Origin: a virus
Taxonomy: Duplodnaviria; Caudoviricetes
DNA: 59,881 bases
Virus record (IMG/VR): IMGVR_UViG_3300020020_000032
Coordinates: 1-59,881 of that record
Reading direction: 5' to 3' (one strand)
Shown: one piece after another, positions 19,210-30,006 of the stretch
Numbering within the stretch: position 1 is the stretch's first letter
How the letters are laid out: each line of letters begins with the position of its first letter
Notes under the pieces: generated by a model
The model's database searches: none
Told to the model about the DNA's origin: nothing
Seen by the model: the letters and a program-made list of their open reading frames with translations, nothing else
Translations under genes and position numbers: made by a program

Positions 19210-21378
19210 TTGTCTCAGGTTACCAAGAGCAAATCTGAAATCAGGCTTGGCTTCTTTGAGTTGCTATTTGGTGATACCGTTGGATACTTGTGCATCTTCT
19301 CAACTGATCCGAAGGCTCCTAAATCCGCGGTTAAGGAACGATTCTTCGAATGGCCTAAGGAGTCACTTAAAGTTGAGAACTATATCTTGTCAGTCGAAGC
19401 ATCGAACAATGTTTATTTCTGCGTTAATCTGCTAAGTGAGCAGCAACGTAAAAAGAAGCATTGTCTGCCCACCGATCTTATTTGGTCTGACTTAGATACG
19501 GTCAACCCCGACAGCTTAACAAGGCTTCCACCAGCAATTGTACTTCAATCGTCCCCTGGGCGTTGGCAAGCATTCTGGCGTTTGACAACTAAGGTTGAAC
19601 CCTATGACGCTGAACGCTACTCCAAGAGAATAGCTTACGCAGTAGGAGCAGATAGGTCGGGTTGGGACTTGACTCAGTTGCTCCGAGTGCCTCTAACACG
19701 AAACTTCAAGTATCACCCTGCTGCACCTGTTGCTCTTGAAAAAGCTTTAACGGTACGTGTTGAGGCTTCTGTAGTTGAGGAGGTTTTTGATCCTCCACCG
19801 GAAGAAGCACCTTTGTTGGAGCAACCACTCCCTGGTGAGCCTCTCATAGCTAACGATATCATCGCCAAATATTCTCATCACTTGGATATGACTCGTTTCA
19901 CAACTCTCTACACTTACGAACCTGCCGGGGATGAAGATTGGTCAAAGCTACTGTGGTCGTTGGAGGTTATGTGTTTTCGTTCGGGCATGACAGCCGACGA
20001 AGTTTTCACTGTAGCGAAAGAGTCTGCCTGTAACAAGTTTGCGCGTGATGGTCGTCCTATTGAACATCTTTGGCGCGATGTTCTGAAAGCTAGTGAGGCA
20101 TATGGCAACATGCCGTTTGAGAAAGAGTTGCTGGAAATGCCGAAACTGGTTGATGAGCCAGCTAGCGAGACATTCGTTGATGAGTACAAAACTTGGGCTT
20201 GCGAAGCAACAGACGCAGTACCTGAGTTTCACGAGCTTTCCTGCTTTATTGTGTTGTCATCAATCACAGCAGCTTCTCTAAGATTAGAGACTTCATACGG
20301 TCCAATAGCTCCAAACATTTGGGGCTTGATTCTAGGTGATAGCACAGTAACTCGTAAATCCACCAGCATGAAGATGGCTGTTGATTTGTTGGCTGAATTG
20401 GAGCCTGAGCTTATTCTTGCTACTGATGGTTCTGTGGAAGGTCTACTCTCTGGCATGGCGACGCGCCCAAATAAGGTTTCGGTTTTCTTTCGTGACGAGG
20501 TTAGCGGATTGTTTGATTCAATCAATCGCAAGGATTACCTCAGTTCAATGCCTGAGACACTGGCGCACTTGTATGACGTGCCACCAGTGTATTCAAGATT
20601 GCTTCGCAAAGAGGTCATTCGCATTGAATCACCGGCTTTCATTTTCTTCGGTGGAGGTATCACTGAACGAGTGTACCAAAACGTCAGTGAGAGTTGGATC
20701 GAATCGGGATTCATGCCACGATTCTTGATCGTGAGTGGTGACTTTGATAAGGAGGGTATGAGAGCTACTGGTCCTCCTAGTAAGATTGGCGTTAAACGTC
20801 GTAGCGAAATTGTTGAGAAGCTGTCAGACTTGTATGAGAACTATGCTGCGGAGGTAGCTGTGAAGATTGGTGGAAAACAAGGTGGTACGATGATGATGCC
20901 TCCGAGAATCATAGCCACCATGACTAGCGATGCCTGGGCTAGATATCAGGCTATCGAAGGCCAGTTGACTGTTTACGGTTATGAGTCTCCACTCAGGAAT
21001 ACGGCTCTGCCTACACTTGATAGGTTGGCTCGTTCCATCCTGAAAATGGGTGTGATCTTGGCAGCTACGAAACAAGAGCCTATTGACAATCATATCATGG
21101 TTGAGGAGGATGACATTGTAAATGCCGCTTGGTACGCACAGAAGTGGGGTGCTCATAGTGTTGAGCTTATCTTGAATGCTGGTAAGGCTCCACGTGAGAA
21201 GGTACTCGATAGGGTACGACTTAAGATTCAGAATAATCCTGGTGTTCTACGTTCCACGATAATGCAGCATATGCACATGACCAAACGGGAAATGGATGAA
21301 GTCATATCTACGCTGGAAGAACGATCCCAGATTCGTAAAGAACAAGCTGGTAGAGGATGGAGGTATTGGGCAACATGA
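19210..21378 (+). CDS. DNA primase (RepB-like AEP) fused to a DUF3987-type P-loop helicase domain
   Basis: WSDLD; SSPGRWQAFW; QLLRVP.TRNFKY; ILGDSTVTRKSTS; FRDEVSG; SGFMPRF. Confidence 0.85.
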   Translation: MSQVTKSKSEIRLGFFELLFGDTVGYLCIFSTDPKAPKSAVKERFFEWPKESLKVENYILSVEASNNVYFCVNLLSEQQRKKKHCLPTDLIWSDLDTVNPDSLTRLPPAIVLQSSPGRWQAFWRLTTKVEPYDAERYSKRIAYAVGADRSGWDLTQLLRVPLTRNFKYHPAAPVALEKALTVRVEASVVEEVFDPPPEEAPLLEQPLPGEPLIANDIIAKYSHHLDMTRFTTLYTYEPAGDEDWSKLLWSLEVMCFRSGMTADEVFTVAKESACNKFARDGRPIEHLWRDVLKASEAYGNMPFEKELLEMPKLVDEPASETFVDEYKTWACEATDAVPEFHELSCFIVLSSITAASLRLETSYGPIAPNIWGLILGDSTVTRKSTSMKMAVDLLAELEPELILATDGSVEGLLSGMATRPNKVSVFFRDEVSGLFDSINRKDYLSSMPETLAHLYDVPPVYSRLLRKEVIRIESPAFIFFGGGITERVYQNVSESWIESGFMPRFLIVSGDFDKEGMRATGPPSKIGVKRRSEIVEKLSDLYENYAAEVAVKIGGKQGGTMMMPPRIIATMTSDAWARYQAIEGQLTVYGYESPLRNTALPTLDRLARSILKMGVILAATKQEPIDNHIMVEEDDIVNAAWYAQKWGAHSVELILNAGKAPREKVLDRVRLKIQNNPGVLRSTIMQHMHMTKREMDEVISTLEERSQIRKEQAGRGWRYWAT

Positions 21379-21648
21379 AAGCTAAGAATACTTTTTGGTT
21401 AGACGGTGGTTATGACTTCGACAGTGTGAGAGGTTGTGCGTACCATCCTCACCACAAATGGATAACTTTTCGTGTTGGAGACTTTGTTGAGAATTGTCAC
21501 AACACAGATGAAATGATGACCATTTGTACAGGCTGCTACGTTCCCCGTTGTGGGACAACTCAAGACATTGATAGATGTACTTTGTGGCGGCATCACCAAA
21601 CTCAACACGTAATGGAATCTGGAGTGATCGAAACAGTAGGAGGATAAC

Positions 21649-22053
21649 GTGAGAATTGATGATTATCAAAATAAAACAGCAGACACAGCTGGACCTTATC
21701 TAAAGAGTTGCAGGGCAGTGTTGGATAGGGAGCGTATGACGCTTATCTTGGACCCGACCGAGCCTACACTAGGTGAGACTCTTTTGCGGTCCGCATATCT
21801 GGCAGGTAAGTTGAATGGTGAGGCAGGCGAAGTTGCGGAAGAAGTATTCAAGGCCTTGCGTGATGATCTTGGGATTTTCACAACTGAAAGGCTTGTACAG
21901 ATTATGAAAGAATTGGGTGACGTGATGTGGTACGTATCCCAATTGTGTAATGAACTTGGTTTGAGTCTTGACGATGTAATGCAGTTAAATCTGGCAAAAT
22001 TACAAGCTCGCAAGGGGTTGGGTAAACTACAGGGAAGCGGAAGTGACCGATGA
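21649..22053 (+). CDS. mazG: MazG-like nucleoside triphosphate pyrophosphohydrolase
   Basis: GEAGEVAE ... KELGDVMWY ... NLAKL..R. Confidence 0.9.
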   Translation: MRIDDYQNKTADTAGPYLKSCRAVLDRERMTLILDPTEPTLGETLLRSAYLAGKLNGEAGEVAEEVFKALRDDLGIFTTERLVQIMKELGDVMWYVSQLCNELGLSLDDVMQLNLAKLQARKGLGKLQGSGSDR

Positions 22054-22511
22054 ATAGATACGGGTACTATCAAAGAGATTTGGTATGGGTACTGGTGGTC
22101 ATCGCTATTATCGTGCTCGGCATCGTTGGTACGCTTTGGGCATACGACGGTGATCCCAAGTGTCTGATCGCTGAATGCAGGAGGTTCAAGGATTGACTGA
22201 CTTCTACGTAAGACTGGATTACCGAGAGTACAAGCATCTGGAAGATCAGATCGCTAACTACAAAGACCATGAAACTTCTCATACATCAGTAGAAGGGTTT
22301 TATCACAAAGCACTAAGACTCGAGGTTGGCAGTACAACCTTTGAATTCCAAGGTCCGACTGTAAAGGAGCCCATTGAGGATGACAGGACAATTCCCGAAG
22401 CGTCGTGAAACAGACAAACAACAGGAAAAGCGTGAGAAAAAACTAGAAGAGCGGCAGCCCGAACGTGACCCAGACAGGTTCGATCGTATTCCAAAGAAAA
22501 AGGAGAAATAG

Positions 22512-23084
22512 ATGATCCTAGGACTTAATGGATTAAAAGGGTCAGGAAAGGATACGGTGGCTGCGTATCTTATCAAAGAGTATGGCTTTGAACGTCGCGC
22601 CTTTGCTGATCCGATGAAAAAGTCAATGGCGGCTTTTCTAGGTGTTGATTTTCACATGATTGAACAGTGGAAAAATGATTTGCACATTAAGATCGTGGTT
22701 GAGGATGATAGAAATCCAAGCAAGCATATCGCGGAAAAGAATTTTAGGACTGGTATGCAAGACTACGCTGAGGATGGGCATAGGGGGGTATTTGGACAAA
22801 ATTTTTGGTTAGACTGGACACTTCCCAAGGATGCGTTTTATTCGGGACGCAAGATCGTTGTTACTGACGTAAGGTATCCCAATGAAGCTATGAGAATCCA
22901 CAACTGTGATGGTTTCGTAGTCAACATCGTGCGTCCTGATCTAACCAGCGATGACTCCCACAAATCAGAGCAACCTCTTGAGAACAGAGAAATTGATTTC
23001 AAGCTGGTAAACGATGAAACTCTGGACGTGCTGTTTCTGCGCACGGAAAACATGCTTGTCCATTTAGGAAGTTTGGTAGCATGA
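22512..23084 (+). CDS. deoxynucleoside monophosphate kinase
   Basis: GLNGLKGSGKDT; FADPMK; VVTDVRYPNEA; H.SE. Confidence 0.9.
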   Translation: MILGLNGLKGSGKDTVAAYLIKEYGFERRAFADPMKKSMAAFLGVDFHMIEQWKNDLHIKIVVEDDRNPSKHIAEKNFRTGMQDYAEDGHRGVFGQNFWLDWTLPKDAFYSGRKIVVTDVRYPNEAMRIHNCDGFVVNIVRPDLTSDDSHKSEQPLENREIDFKLVNDETLDVLFLRTENMLVHLGSLVA

Positions 23085-23344
23085 TGCAGGTAATGAGACT
23101 GAATCAGATGCTTTATTGTGATGGCTGTGGTACGATGGTAAACCCTTACGTCATTGAACGCAAGCCTGAGACAAACGTTGCTAAGGTGGAATGCCCTAAT
23201 TGCGAGCATAGCTGGAAAGAAGAACTTTCACACCATGACGATGCTGCTTGACATATTACTTGTTTTGGGCTTGATAGCATTATGCTTCGTGACGTTGCTT
23301 ATTTGTCTATCCTGTATGTGTGACGAGTGGAGTTGGTTGCGTCG

Positions 23345-23812
23345 ATGAAGAACATTGAATTTCACATCGGTGGTCGAATGTCGGGTAAGACAGATTCTAT
23401 GCTTGAGTGGTTAACTGAGGCTCCCGAAGGTGAGCATAGAGTCATAGTATCTGTCAGTAGTGCAAGAGCTATGCGGCTTTTGAGTGAAGCCAGAGCCAGA
23501 GAGCTTGAAGTTGAATCGTGGCAGTTTGTGGGAATTGACGAAGTTAAACATAGAACATGGTCGGGAGTGATAGCTGGTAGAGGTGGTCATATCGTGCTAG
23601 GACTGGATGATCTTGATATGATGCTCTATCAGCTATTCGGGTGGACAGTCGGTAGAGTGAGTGCAACGGGTGATTTGGTGCATGGAAGAAGGTCGCCTAC
23701 GAAGCTGGCTACAGCTACCATCTTGAATGGTGGAGTTGCCAAGTGCGACGATTGTGGAGAAATTTTGCTGGAAGATGAAAGACACTGGCATGAAGTAGGT
23801 ACTAATGGGTGA
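23345..23812 (+). CDS. small P-loop protein with C-terminal Zn ribbon
   Basis: GGRMSGKT; LGLDDLD; CDDCG. Confidence 0.6.
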   Translation: MKNIEFHIGGRMSGKTDSMLEWLTEAPEGEHRVIVSVSSARAMRLLSEARARELEVESWQFVGIDEVKHRTWSGVIAGRGGHIVLGLDDLDMMLYQLFGWTVGRVSATGDLVHGRRSPTKLATATILNGGVAKCDDCGEILLEDERHWHEVGTNG

Positions 23813-24212
23813 CGATACACAACTAGAGCTGGGGAACGAAGCACCTGTAGTAATGCAATTCAATGGTGGCAGGTGCGAGAAGTGTAATGGTCTGTTGAGG
23901 GAAGCACCATATGTAGGTAGCGACCACGATCCTATTGCAGAATGTACGAATTGTGGTATGGAATACGGTTGCTTTGAGTGTGATCTGGCATGAAGCCTAA
24001 AGAAGAAAGTGTGATTAAATGAATAGAGAAGATAGATACGGTAATCGTTTGACCCCAGGCACCGAAGTAAAAGATTTACGTGCTGATGGTGGTGGGAGGA
24101 TTGGTATTGTCATGGGAATCACAGAGCGAGGTATTTTAGTGAAGTGGGATGGAAACGAGGATGATTCTTTAGTTGATGGAACCGACGTAGTTATCAACGA
24201 GGTGATGTTTCA

Positions 24213-26651
24213 TTGAAGCCTAAAGCACCTCACGCGCTTTGCGATAAGTGTCCGTTTAAGGATCGTGACTTTGCTGCCACGACTGGCCCTGCCGATGCTG
24301 AGATTGCAGTTGTGAGTAGATCACCTGGGTATTACGAAGCTTTGAATGGTGAGTCGTTTGCTGGCCCTAGTGGTAAGGTACTTGACCATTTGCTGAAACT
24401 TCATGGTAAAGATAGAGAGCAGGTGTTGTGTACTAACGTGGTTCTCTGTCAGAGCGATGGTCAAGAAAACGGATTTGGGTTAGCTCAGGCTTGCTGTGCG
24501 CCCCGCCTAGACCACGAAATCGCTGACGCAGCCACGGTTATAGCCTGCGGGACAGAGGCTGTGAGGGGGCTTACAGACGCCGGTGGAATTGCATCAAATC
24601 GCGGTTACGTGCATTATCGTGACTCAGGCAACAACCACATGCAGCGCGTTATTGTATCCAACAACCCAGCTATGGTGCTTCGTGATGATGGAGTGTTTCC
24701 CGAGCTAGTTCGTGATTTCAAACTTGCCATAGATCCCCTACCTACACCAGAACTGCCGAAAGTCAAATGGACGGAGGATTTAGATGAAGCTTGTAAATGG
24801 GCATCGGACATTTACGATCAGCTTAGAGAAACTAGTGGAACTTTGTTGTCCGTGGATATTGAAGGAGGATATCCTGACCTGGCATGTATCGGGTTCTCAC
24901 TACGATCCGAAAAAGCGGTCACTATTGGTATCGATCCTTGTAAAGAAGAGGACTTCCGTAGAGAATATCTGGATAGACTACTCACTCTACCCAATGTCAG
25001 ATATCTCTGGCAGTTCGGAAAATACGACACCAAAGCCTTAAGGAGATTTGATATAAATGCACGTGTCGATGAAGATACAGGATTGCTCAGTTACGCGCTT
25101 GATGAACGTCCTGGCGATCCTGAATCGGGAGCAGGAGGCCACTCTCTTGAATGGCTGCTTAAAGATGAACTTGGTTGGTCCAAATACGAACCATCTTCTG
25201 TCAGAGATTTCAAAGCTGGACGTGGGGTATGGGCAGACTGGCCGAATCAGTCTGCTCCAAAGCGAGAGCGGATAGATCTATATGAATACAATGGTATGGA
25301 TACTGCTGGAACCCTTTCCCTCTATCATGTTCTCAAAGAACGTGCAATTAACGACAACGTATGGGAAAGGCCGTATAGATCACAACTTCTCCCACTTAAT
25401 GCGGCCCTCACGGAAGTTGAGCTTTACGGTAATCTTTGGGATGCAGATGCCGCCTGCGACATTCTAGAAGAAGAAGTTTGGCCCAGACTAGATGAATGGC
25501 GTGGGGTACTTCGTACTATTAGTAGACGACCTGAACTGAATCCTAATTCACCTAAACAGCTTAAGGAGCTAATGTATGATATATGGGGAATCGAACACGA
25601 TCTTGATAGGCCAAGGATTGAACGGCAAGGAAAGAAATCTACAGACAAATCAGTACGAGAGGTTATTCTTAGGGGTGATTATCGGAGTTCTAACACTCGG
25701 GATCGTAATGGAATTGAGGCGTTCATTAAGACGCTAGACTCGTGGAAGGAGTTGGATAAGCAACGTGGAACTTACCTTGAAGGACTCACTCTCAAGAGGT
25801 CAGAAGATGGGCGAATATATACTGACTTCAAAATTCACGGTACGGAGTCAGCACGGCTTAGTTCAGCAAAGCCGAACATGCAAAATATCACTCGACCAAA
25901 AACCGGACTCCCAAATATTAGAAGAGTTTTTGTCGCAGATCAAGGATGCCAATTTGTATCGGCTGACTTATCTCAAGCGGAGCTTAGAACAATTGCTGTT
26001 TTGTCGGAAGATACAGAACTCCAAGCCATTTATCTAGACACCAGTAGATCCCTCCACAAAGAGATTGCGGAACAGTTTTATGGAAAAGATTATACGTACG
26101 AAGAATATGTCAAGGCGAAGAACATTAACTTTGGAGTTGCTTACGGACAGAGCGCGTATACATTCCATCAGATGTATAACATGCCACAGAAAGAAGCTCA
26201 AGATTTCATAGATTTTTGGTGGCAGCGGTTTCCGCAAGTAAAGCAATGGCGTAAAGATATCGAAACACAAATGAATGAGAAGGGTGAGTTCCAATCACCC
26301 TTTGGTCACAAGCGCAGGTTCTACGTTATTCCATCAGATCAGAAAGGATATATTCATGCGGTTAACCAGGCTGTTTCTTTTCTACCACAGAATATCGCTG
26401 CAAATGTTACACTATATGCCGTTACCAAATTGGTGGAAACTTTGGATCCTCAGGAGGCACAAATCCGCATTACTGTTCACGATTCGATTGTTGCCTGCGT
26501 CAAGGAAAAATACGTCGAAGATGTCGCTACACGGATGAAAGCACAACTAGAAAATGCAGCCAAAGAATCAATTGATTGGGACTTCCCATATCTAGCTGAT
26601 CTGTCAGTAGGTCCAACATGGGGAGACTTGAAGGAGATAGAAATCAAGTGA
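24213..26651 (+). CDS. polA: Family A DNA polymerase with N-terminal family-4 UDG-like domain and 3'-5' exonuclease
   Basis: CDKCP..PG..E..F.GPSG..TNVVLC (UDG-like); DIE, KYD, YNGMD (ExoI-III); RLSS, DLSQAELR, AKNINFGVAYG, VHDS. Confidence 0.93.
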   Translation: MKPKAPHALCDKCPFKDRDFAATTGPADAEIAVVSRSPGYYEALNGESFAGPSGKVLDHLLKLHGKDREQVLCTNVVLCQSDGQENGFGLAQACCAPRLDHEIADAATVIACGTEAVRGLTDAGGIASNRGYVHYRDSGNNHMQRVIVSNNPAMVLRDDGVFPELVRDFKLAIDPLPTPELPKVKWTEDLDEACKWASDIYDQLRETSGTLLSVDIEGGYPDLACIGFSLRSEKAVTIGIDPCKEEDFRREYLDRLLTLPNVRYLWQFGKYDTKALRRFDINARVDEDTGLLSYALDERPGDPESGAGGHSLEWLLKDELGWSKYEPSSVRDFKAGRGVWADWPNQSAPKRERIDLYEYNGMDTAGTLSLYHVLKERAINDNVWERPYRSQLLPLNAALTEVELYGNLWDADAACDILEEEVWPRLDEWRGVLRTISRRPELNPNSPKQLKELMYDIWGIEHDLDRPRIERQGKKSTDKSVREVILRGDYRSSNTRDRNGIEAFIKTLDSWKELDKQRGTYLEGLTLKRSEDGRIYTDFKIHGTESARLSSAKPNMQNITRPKTGLPNIRRVFVADQGCQFVSADLSQAELRTIAVLSEDTELQAIYLDTSRSLHKEIAEQFYGKDYTYEEYVKAKNINFGVAYGQSAYTFHQMYNMPQKEAQDFIDFWWQRFPQVKQWRKDIETQMNEKGEFQSPFGHKRRFYVIPSDQKGYIHAVNQAVSFLPQNIAANVTLYAVTKLVETLDPQEAQIRITVHDSIVACVKEKYVEDVATRMKAQLENAAKESIDWDFPYLADLSVGPTWGDLKEIEIK

Positions 26652-27091
26652 GCACACCATACGATGCTGAACGGCTAGAGCAGGATAAGCCCGGAGAGAC
26701 GCTGCTTGACGTGGGCGAGCATGAGTGTGTGACGTGTCCTCGATGTGCCTGTACCTTCGCCAAGGTGCATCCAGCCTGCCCACGCTGTTCCGTGGAGGCC
26801 CAACTAGTCCAGGTAGAGCGGAAGTCGAGTGACGCGATCAACGAGCACCTAAGACTCCGCATTGCAACTATCGAAGAGCGTGACAATCTAGCTCATGTTT
26901 GGGAGCAGAGTCGAAAGACGGTCGAAAGTCAGGCGAAGCGCATAACTGAATTGGAGTCTAAAAACGAAAGACTAATAGAACTACTAAAAGAACTTAAAGC
27001 ATATGAGTATCCGGTGGGACCCAAGAGTCATCCTACCCGTAAAGGCTTTCGCTTGTGGACTAAAGTAGATAAGGAAATTGACAGCAAGTAA
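26648..27091 (+). CDS. Zn-ribbon / coiled-coil hypothetical protein
   Basis: CPRC...CPRC then heptad repeats. Confidence 0.6.
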   Translation: MSTPYDAERLEQDKPGETLLDVGEHECVTCPRCACTFAKVHPACPRCSVEAQLVQVERKSSDAINEHLRLRIATIEERDNLAHVWEQSRKTVESQAKRITELESKNERLIELLKELKAYEYPVGPKSHPTRKGFRLWTKVDKEIDSK

Positions 27092-27383
27092 CGGGAATAG
27101 TGATTCATTGGTCGTTAGGGCTGAGGATCTTAGAAAGCTGATTCAGGAAGATTTCGGTGATGACGATAGTTGGCTATGGAACATTGCTAAAATACTGGGA
27201 ACAGACAAGCGTAACGTTTATAGGAAGTTGTATGAACAGAAGCACGTCACTTGGTCTGTGGCTGACGAGTGGCTGACACAGCTTGGTATGGTCGGACAAA
27301 TTCATTACCTGGAGGCCATACCTAATCCACGTTGGAGTCAGGAAAAATGGATAAAGCACATGAAGGAGAGAGGTTGCATATGA
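27078..27383 (+). CDS. putative HTH-like DNA-binding protein
   Basis: IAKILGTDKRNVYRKL helix-turn-helix-like segment. Confidence 0.45.
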   Translation: MTASNGNSDSLVVRAEDLRKLIQEDFGDDDSWLWNIAKILGTDKRNVYRKLYEQKHVTWSVADEWLTQLGMVGQIHYLEAIPNPRWSQEKWIKHMKERGCI

Positions 27384-27692
27384 GTGATGATAGTCCATAT
27401 ATTCTAGCTCAAGAACGTCAACTCGCAGTTGTACAAAAGTGGTATAATCACTTGGATGATCCTTACAAAGCACCAGAACTTAAGGTGGGTATGCCATCTG
27501 ACGTGTTTAATGCGGTTGTGGATGTGATCGCTGAGTACAATCTTATCAAGGACGGAAGACGGCAATGAAGATGTGTGGTTACGTGTGGCAATTGAAACAC
27601 CCTGATTATGACAGTCACAAATGCGTTAGACCTGAGGGACACCCAGGTAGACACCGCTGTGATTGTGGTAAAATGAAAGAACAGGAGAACAA

Positions 27693-28226
27693 ATGAGGAT
27701 CATATCAATTGATCCAGGTGTTATGACTGGCTACTGTTACGCTGAGCTTGTAGCAACTGCTCCGGGTACTGCTAGGGCGTTGTCAGAACTTGAACAAGTC
27801 AACAAATTGAAGTACCACCCGTTTCAGGCGGCTGACGATGTTGATGACCTATGGCGACGCCTAAAAAGATTTGATCCCGAGTACATCATCATCGAAGACT
27901 TTGAATTTAGGCGTGGTAAAGCCGGGGCTGCTGGTCTTAACCTCTTTCCAAAAGAATTGATTGGTGTTACTCGTTTGTATGACCTACTCACAAACGCGCG
28001 GGTCTTTGTTCAAAAAGCAGCACAGGGTAAGTCATACTACACCAATCCGATCCTGCAAGGGCTTGGCTTGTATAGGCGTGGTATACCGCATGGGATGGAT
28101 GCTTCGCGTCACTTGCTTCAATGGTGTATGTTTGGTTTTGGCAATCAATTTATAGGCAAACAGCGAACCGAGGATTTCGCACAAATCACACAAAAACTGG
28201 AATGGTGGGCAGATGCCAACGAATAA
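27693..28226 (+). CDS. RuvC-like Holliday junction resolvase
   Basis: IISIDPG.MTG; IIIEDF; H.MDA.RH. Confidence 0.8.
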   Translation: MRIISIDPGVMTGYCYAELVATAPGTARALSELEQVNKLKYHPFQAADDVDDLWRRLKRFDPEYIIIEDFEFRRGKAGAAGLNLFPKELIGVTRLYDLLTNARVFVQKAAQGKSYYTNPILQGLGLYRRGIPHGMDASRHLLQWCMFGFGNQFIGKQRTEDFAQITQKLEWWADANE

Positions 28227-29089
28227 AGAAAAATATGGTCATTCTGAAATGAACATTTCCGAGCTTGAAGCAAGAGCGGCAGCTGATCTGTATGAGTTGT
28301 CCAATCGTTTGATAAAGAATGAAAGACACAATCTATTGGAGAATTGCATTACATGCTTATGCGCCAGTTAAGAGAGTCATTCAGAACCGCTGAACTAATC
28401 ATATCGAGGTACGAATGAAGAAAGTACCACGTTGCGAAGATTGTGGTATGCGCGTGGGGTTTTCCGATCCTCAACGATTTAGAGCATTGCATCGATCTTT
28501 TAAAGGTCCAGAACACACTGTTTGTAATAAGGAGTATAGAATGAAAGTAACTCTTGAACAAGCATCTTATTGGTTTGAGGAATATTTAGCTGCTGCTCAC
28601 GCGGGTAGTGAAACATGATTGTCACCGTCAGAGAATTGATAAGAGAACTTAGAGAGTTTCCTCCTGAGTGGGAAATTTGGATGGAAGTACGAGGACGGGA
28701 AGCTCAACTCAGAGGTATCTCCACTGAAACAGGTGGAGTCACAACTTGGGTTCTACTCTCCGATTATCCCGATAAACATGAGGAGGACAAATAATGGATG
28801 ATAAAGTTAAGCAATTGGTAGGTAGAAAATATGGTGGAGGTACTATGGTGCTTAATTGCGTATCTCATATGCAAATGTCTATCTTAGAAAGACCTACAGA
28901 CTGCAATCTTTGTAATACGGACGTAAAAAATGCTCTCGCACGTTGTCATAGAATCAACGAGTTTCTGAACGATTGGAAAGATGATGCTGTCGGAATTTTG
29001 GCGCTTAACGAAGAAGGGGGGTGAGAGATGAACACCATTAACCTAAGTTGGTGGGAGGGTCCATAAATAATCAACCAGCAGGGAGAATA

Positions 29090-29966
29090 ATGCGAAACAT
29101 TGCTTTGATGTTGATTGTTATTGCTGTCGCTGTGGTGGCCGCACTTGTACTAAGTAAGGTAACAAGTGCGGCACCCTGCGATCCAACTAAAACCGATCCA
29201 CGTAATTGTGCTATGTACGGTGACAGTCGTGATATGTGGGTGCAGGGTATGTCGTTCGGGCAAGGAGCAGGAGACATAGTGTATTATCAGGAAGGTGGCG
29301 TCGATCAGCCTGTAAATCCTGAGGTCGCTTGCTCAAATCACCATGACGATGACCTGGATAGTTTCACGGACTTTTGATAGTTTCACAGACTTCTCAGGTC
29401 ATGGCGCACCTGATCCCGGTTGTACTTCTGCAATGGATGATGATGAATACAATGGGCCACCACCACCTCCTCCACCACCGCCACCACCTCCTCCACCTCC
29501 ACCACCAGGGCCTATTTGCCCAGACCCGTCAGCTTGTCCTGATATCTCCCATACGGACGACGTTCCACTGAGCAATCCATCGGCTACTTCATGTTCAATC
29601 GAATCCACAATCGGTGTAGACTTGGTTAGACTTCCCATACGGGCTACCAAAGGAATTTCTACGGTTACCTGCGATGGTTCCATGGCAAATATCAGTACTA
29701 CTCTATGCCTGCTAAAGGCACTAGCTTTCGCTCAGGGATGGGGTGCCTGGTATCCCGTAATCTGCTCTTCGAAGCAAACCATCGGGAATCTGAGACTGTG
29801 GCACAAGATCTCGCGAATGTGTCGACCTACTCAAACAGAGTTCGTATGGCGAGCAGAACAGATCGCTGAGGGAGTAGATCCAAATGGTAGGTTCTTTATC
29901 GGCGTGTACGATAGCGGCCCAGGCTGGCCGCCAGAGAGCCAACGTGCTAATTGGCTTTGTCGTTAG
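29090..29966 (+). pseudogene. Secreted Pro-linker, Cys-rich protein split by a 19-nt tandem duplication
   Basis: Signal peptide MRNIALMLIVIAVAVVAALVL; removing one copy of 29357-29375/29376-29394 restores LDSFTDFSGH; poly-Pro linker. Confidence 0.7.
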
Positions 29967-30006
29967 CTAGAAAGATCTATGCCTTGTAAGCTACAAAGGA
30001 GTTGAT

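Noticed and set aside
21649-26651. 2-aminoadenine (Z-genome) or other base-modification pathway
   Set aside because: MazG and a deviant PolA are present, but I recognised no PurZ, DatZ/HD hydrolase, thymidylate-synthase-like or glycosyltransferase gene
29399-29683. Poly-Gly ORF on the - strand, and similar antisense ORFs at 38306-38679 and 38886-39164
   Set aside because: Antisense shadows of poly-Pro or collagen coding sequence
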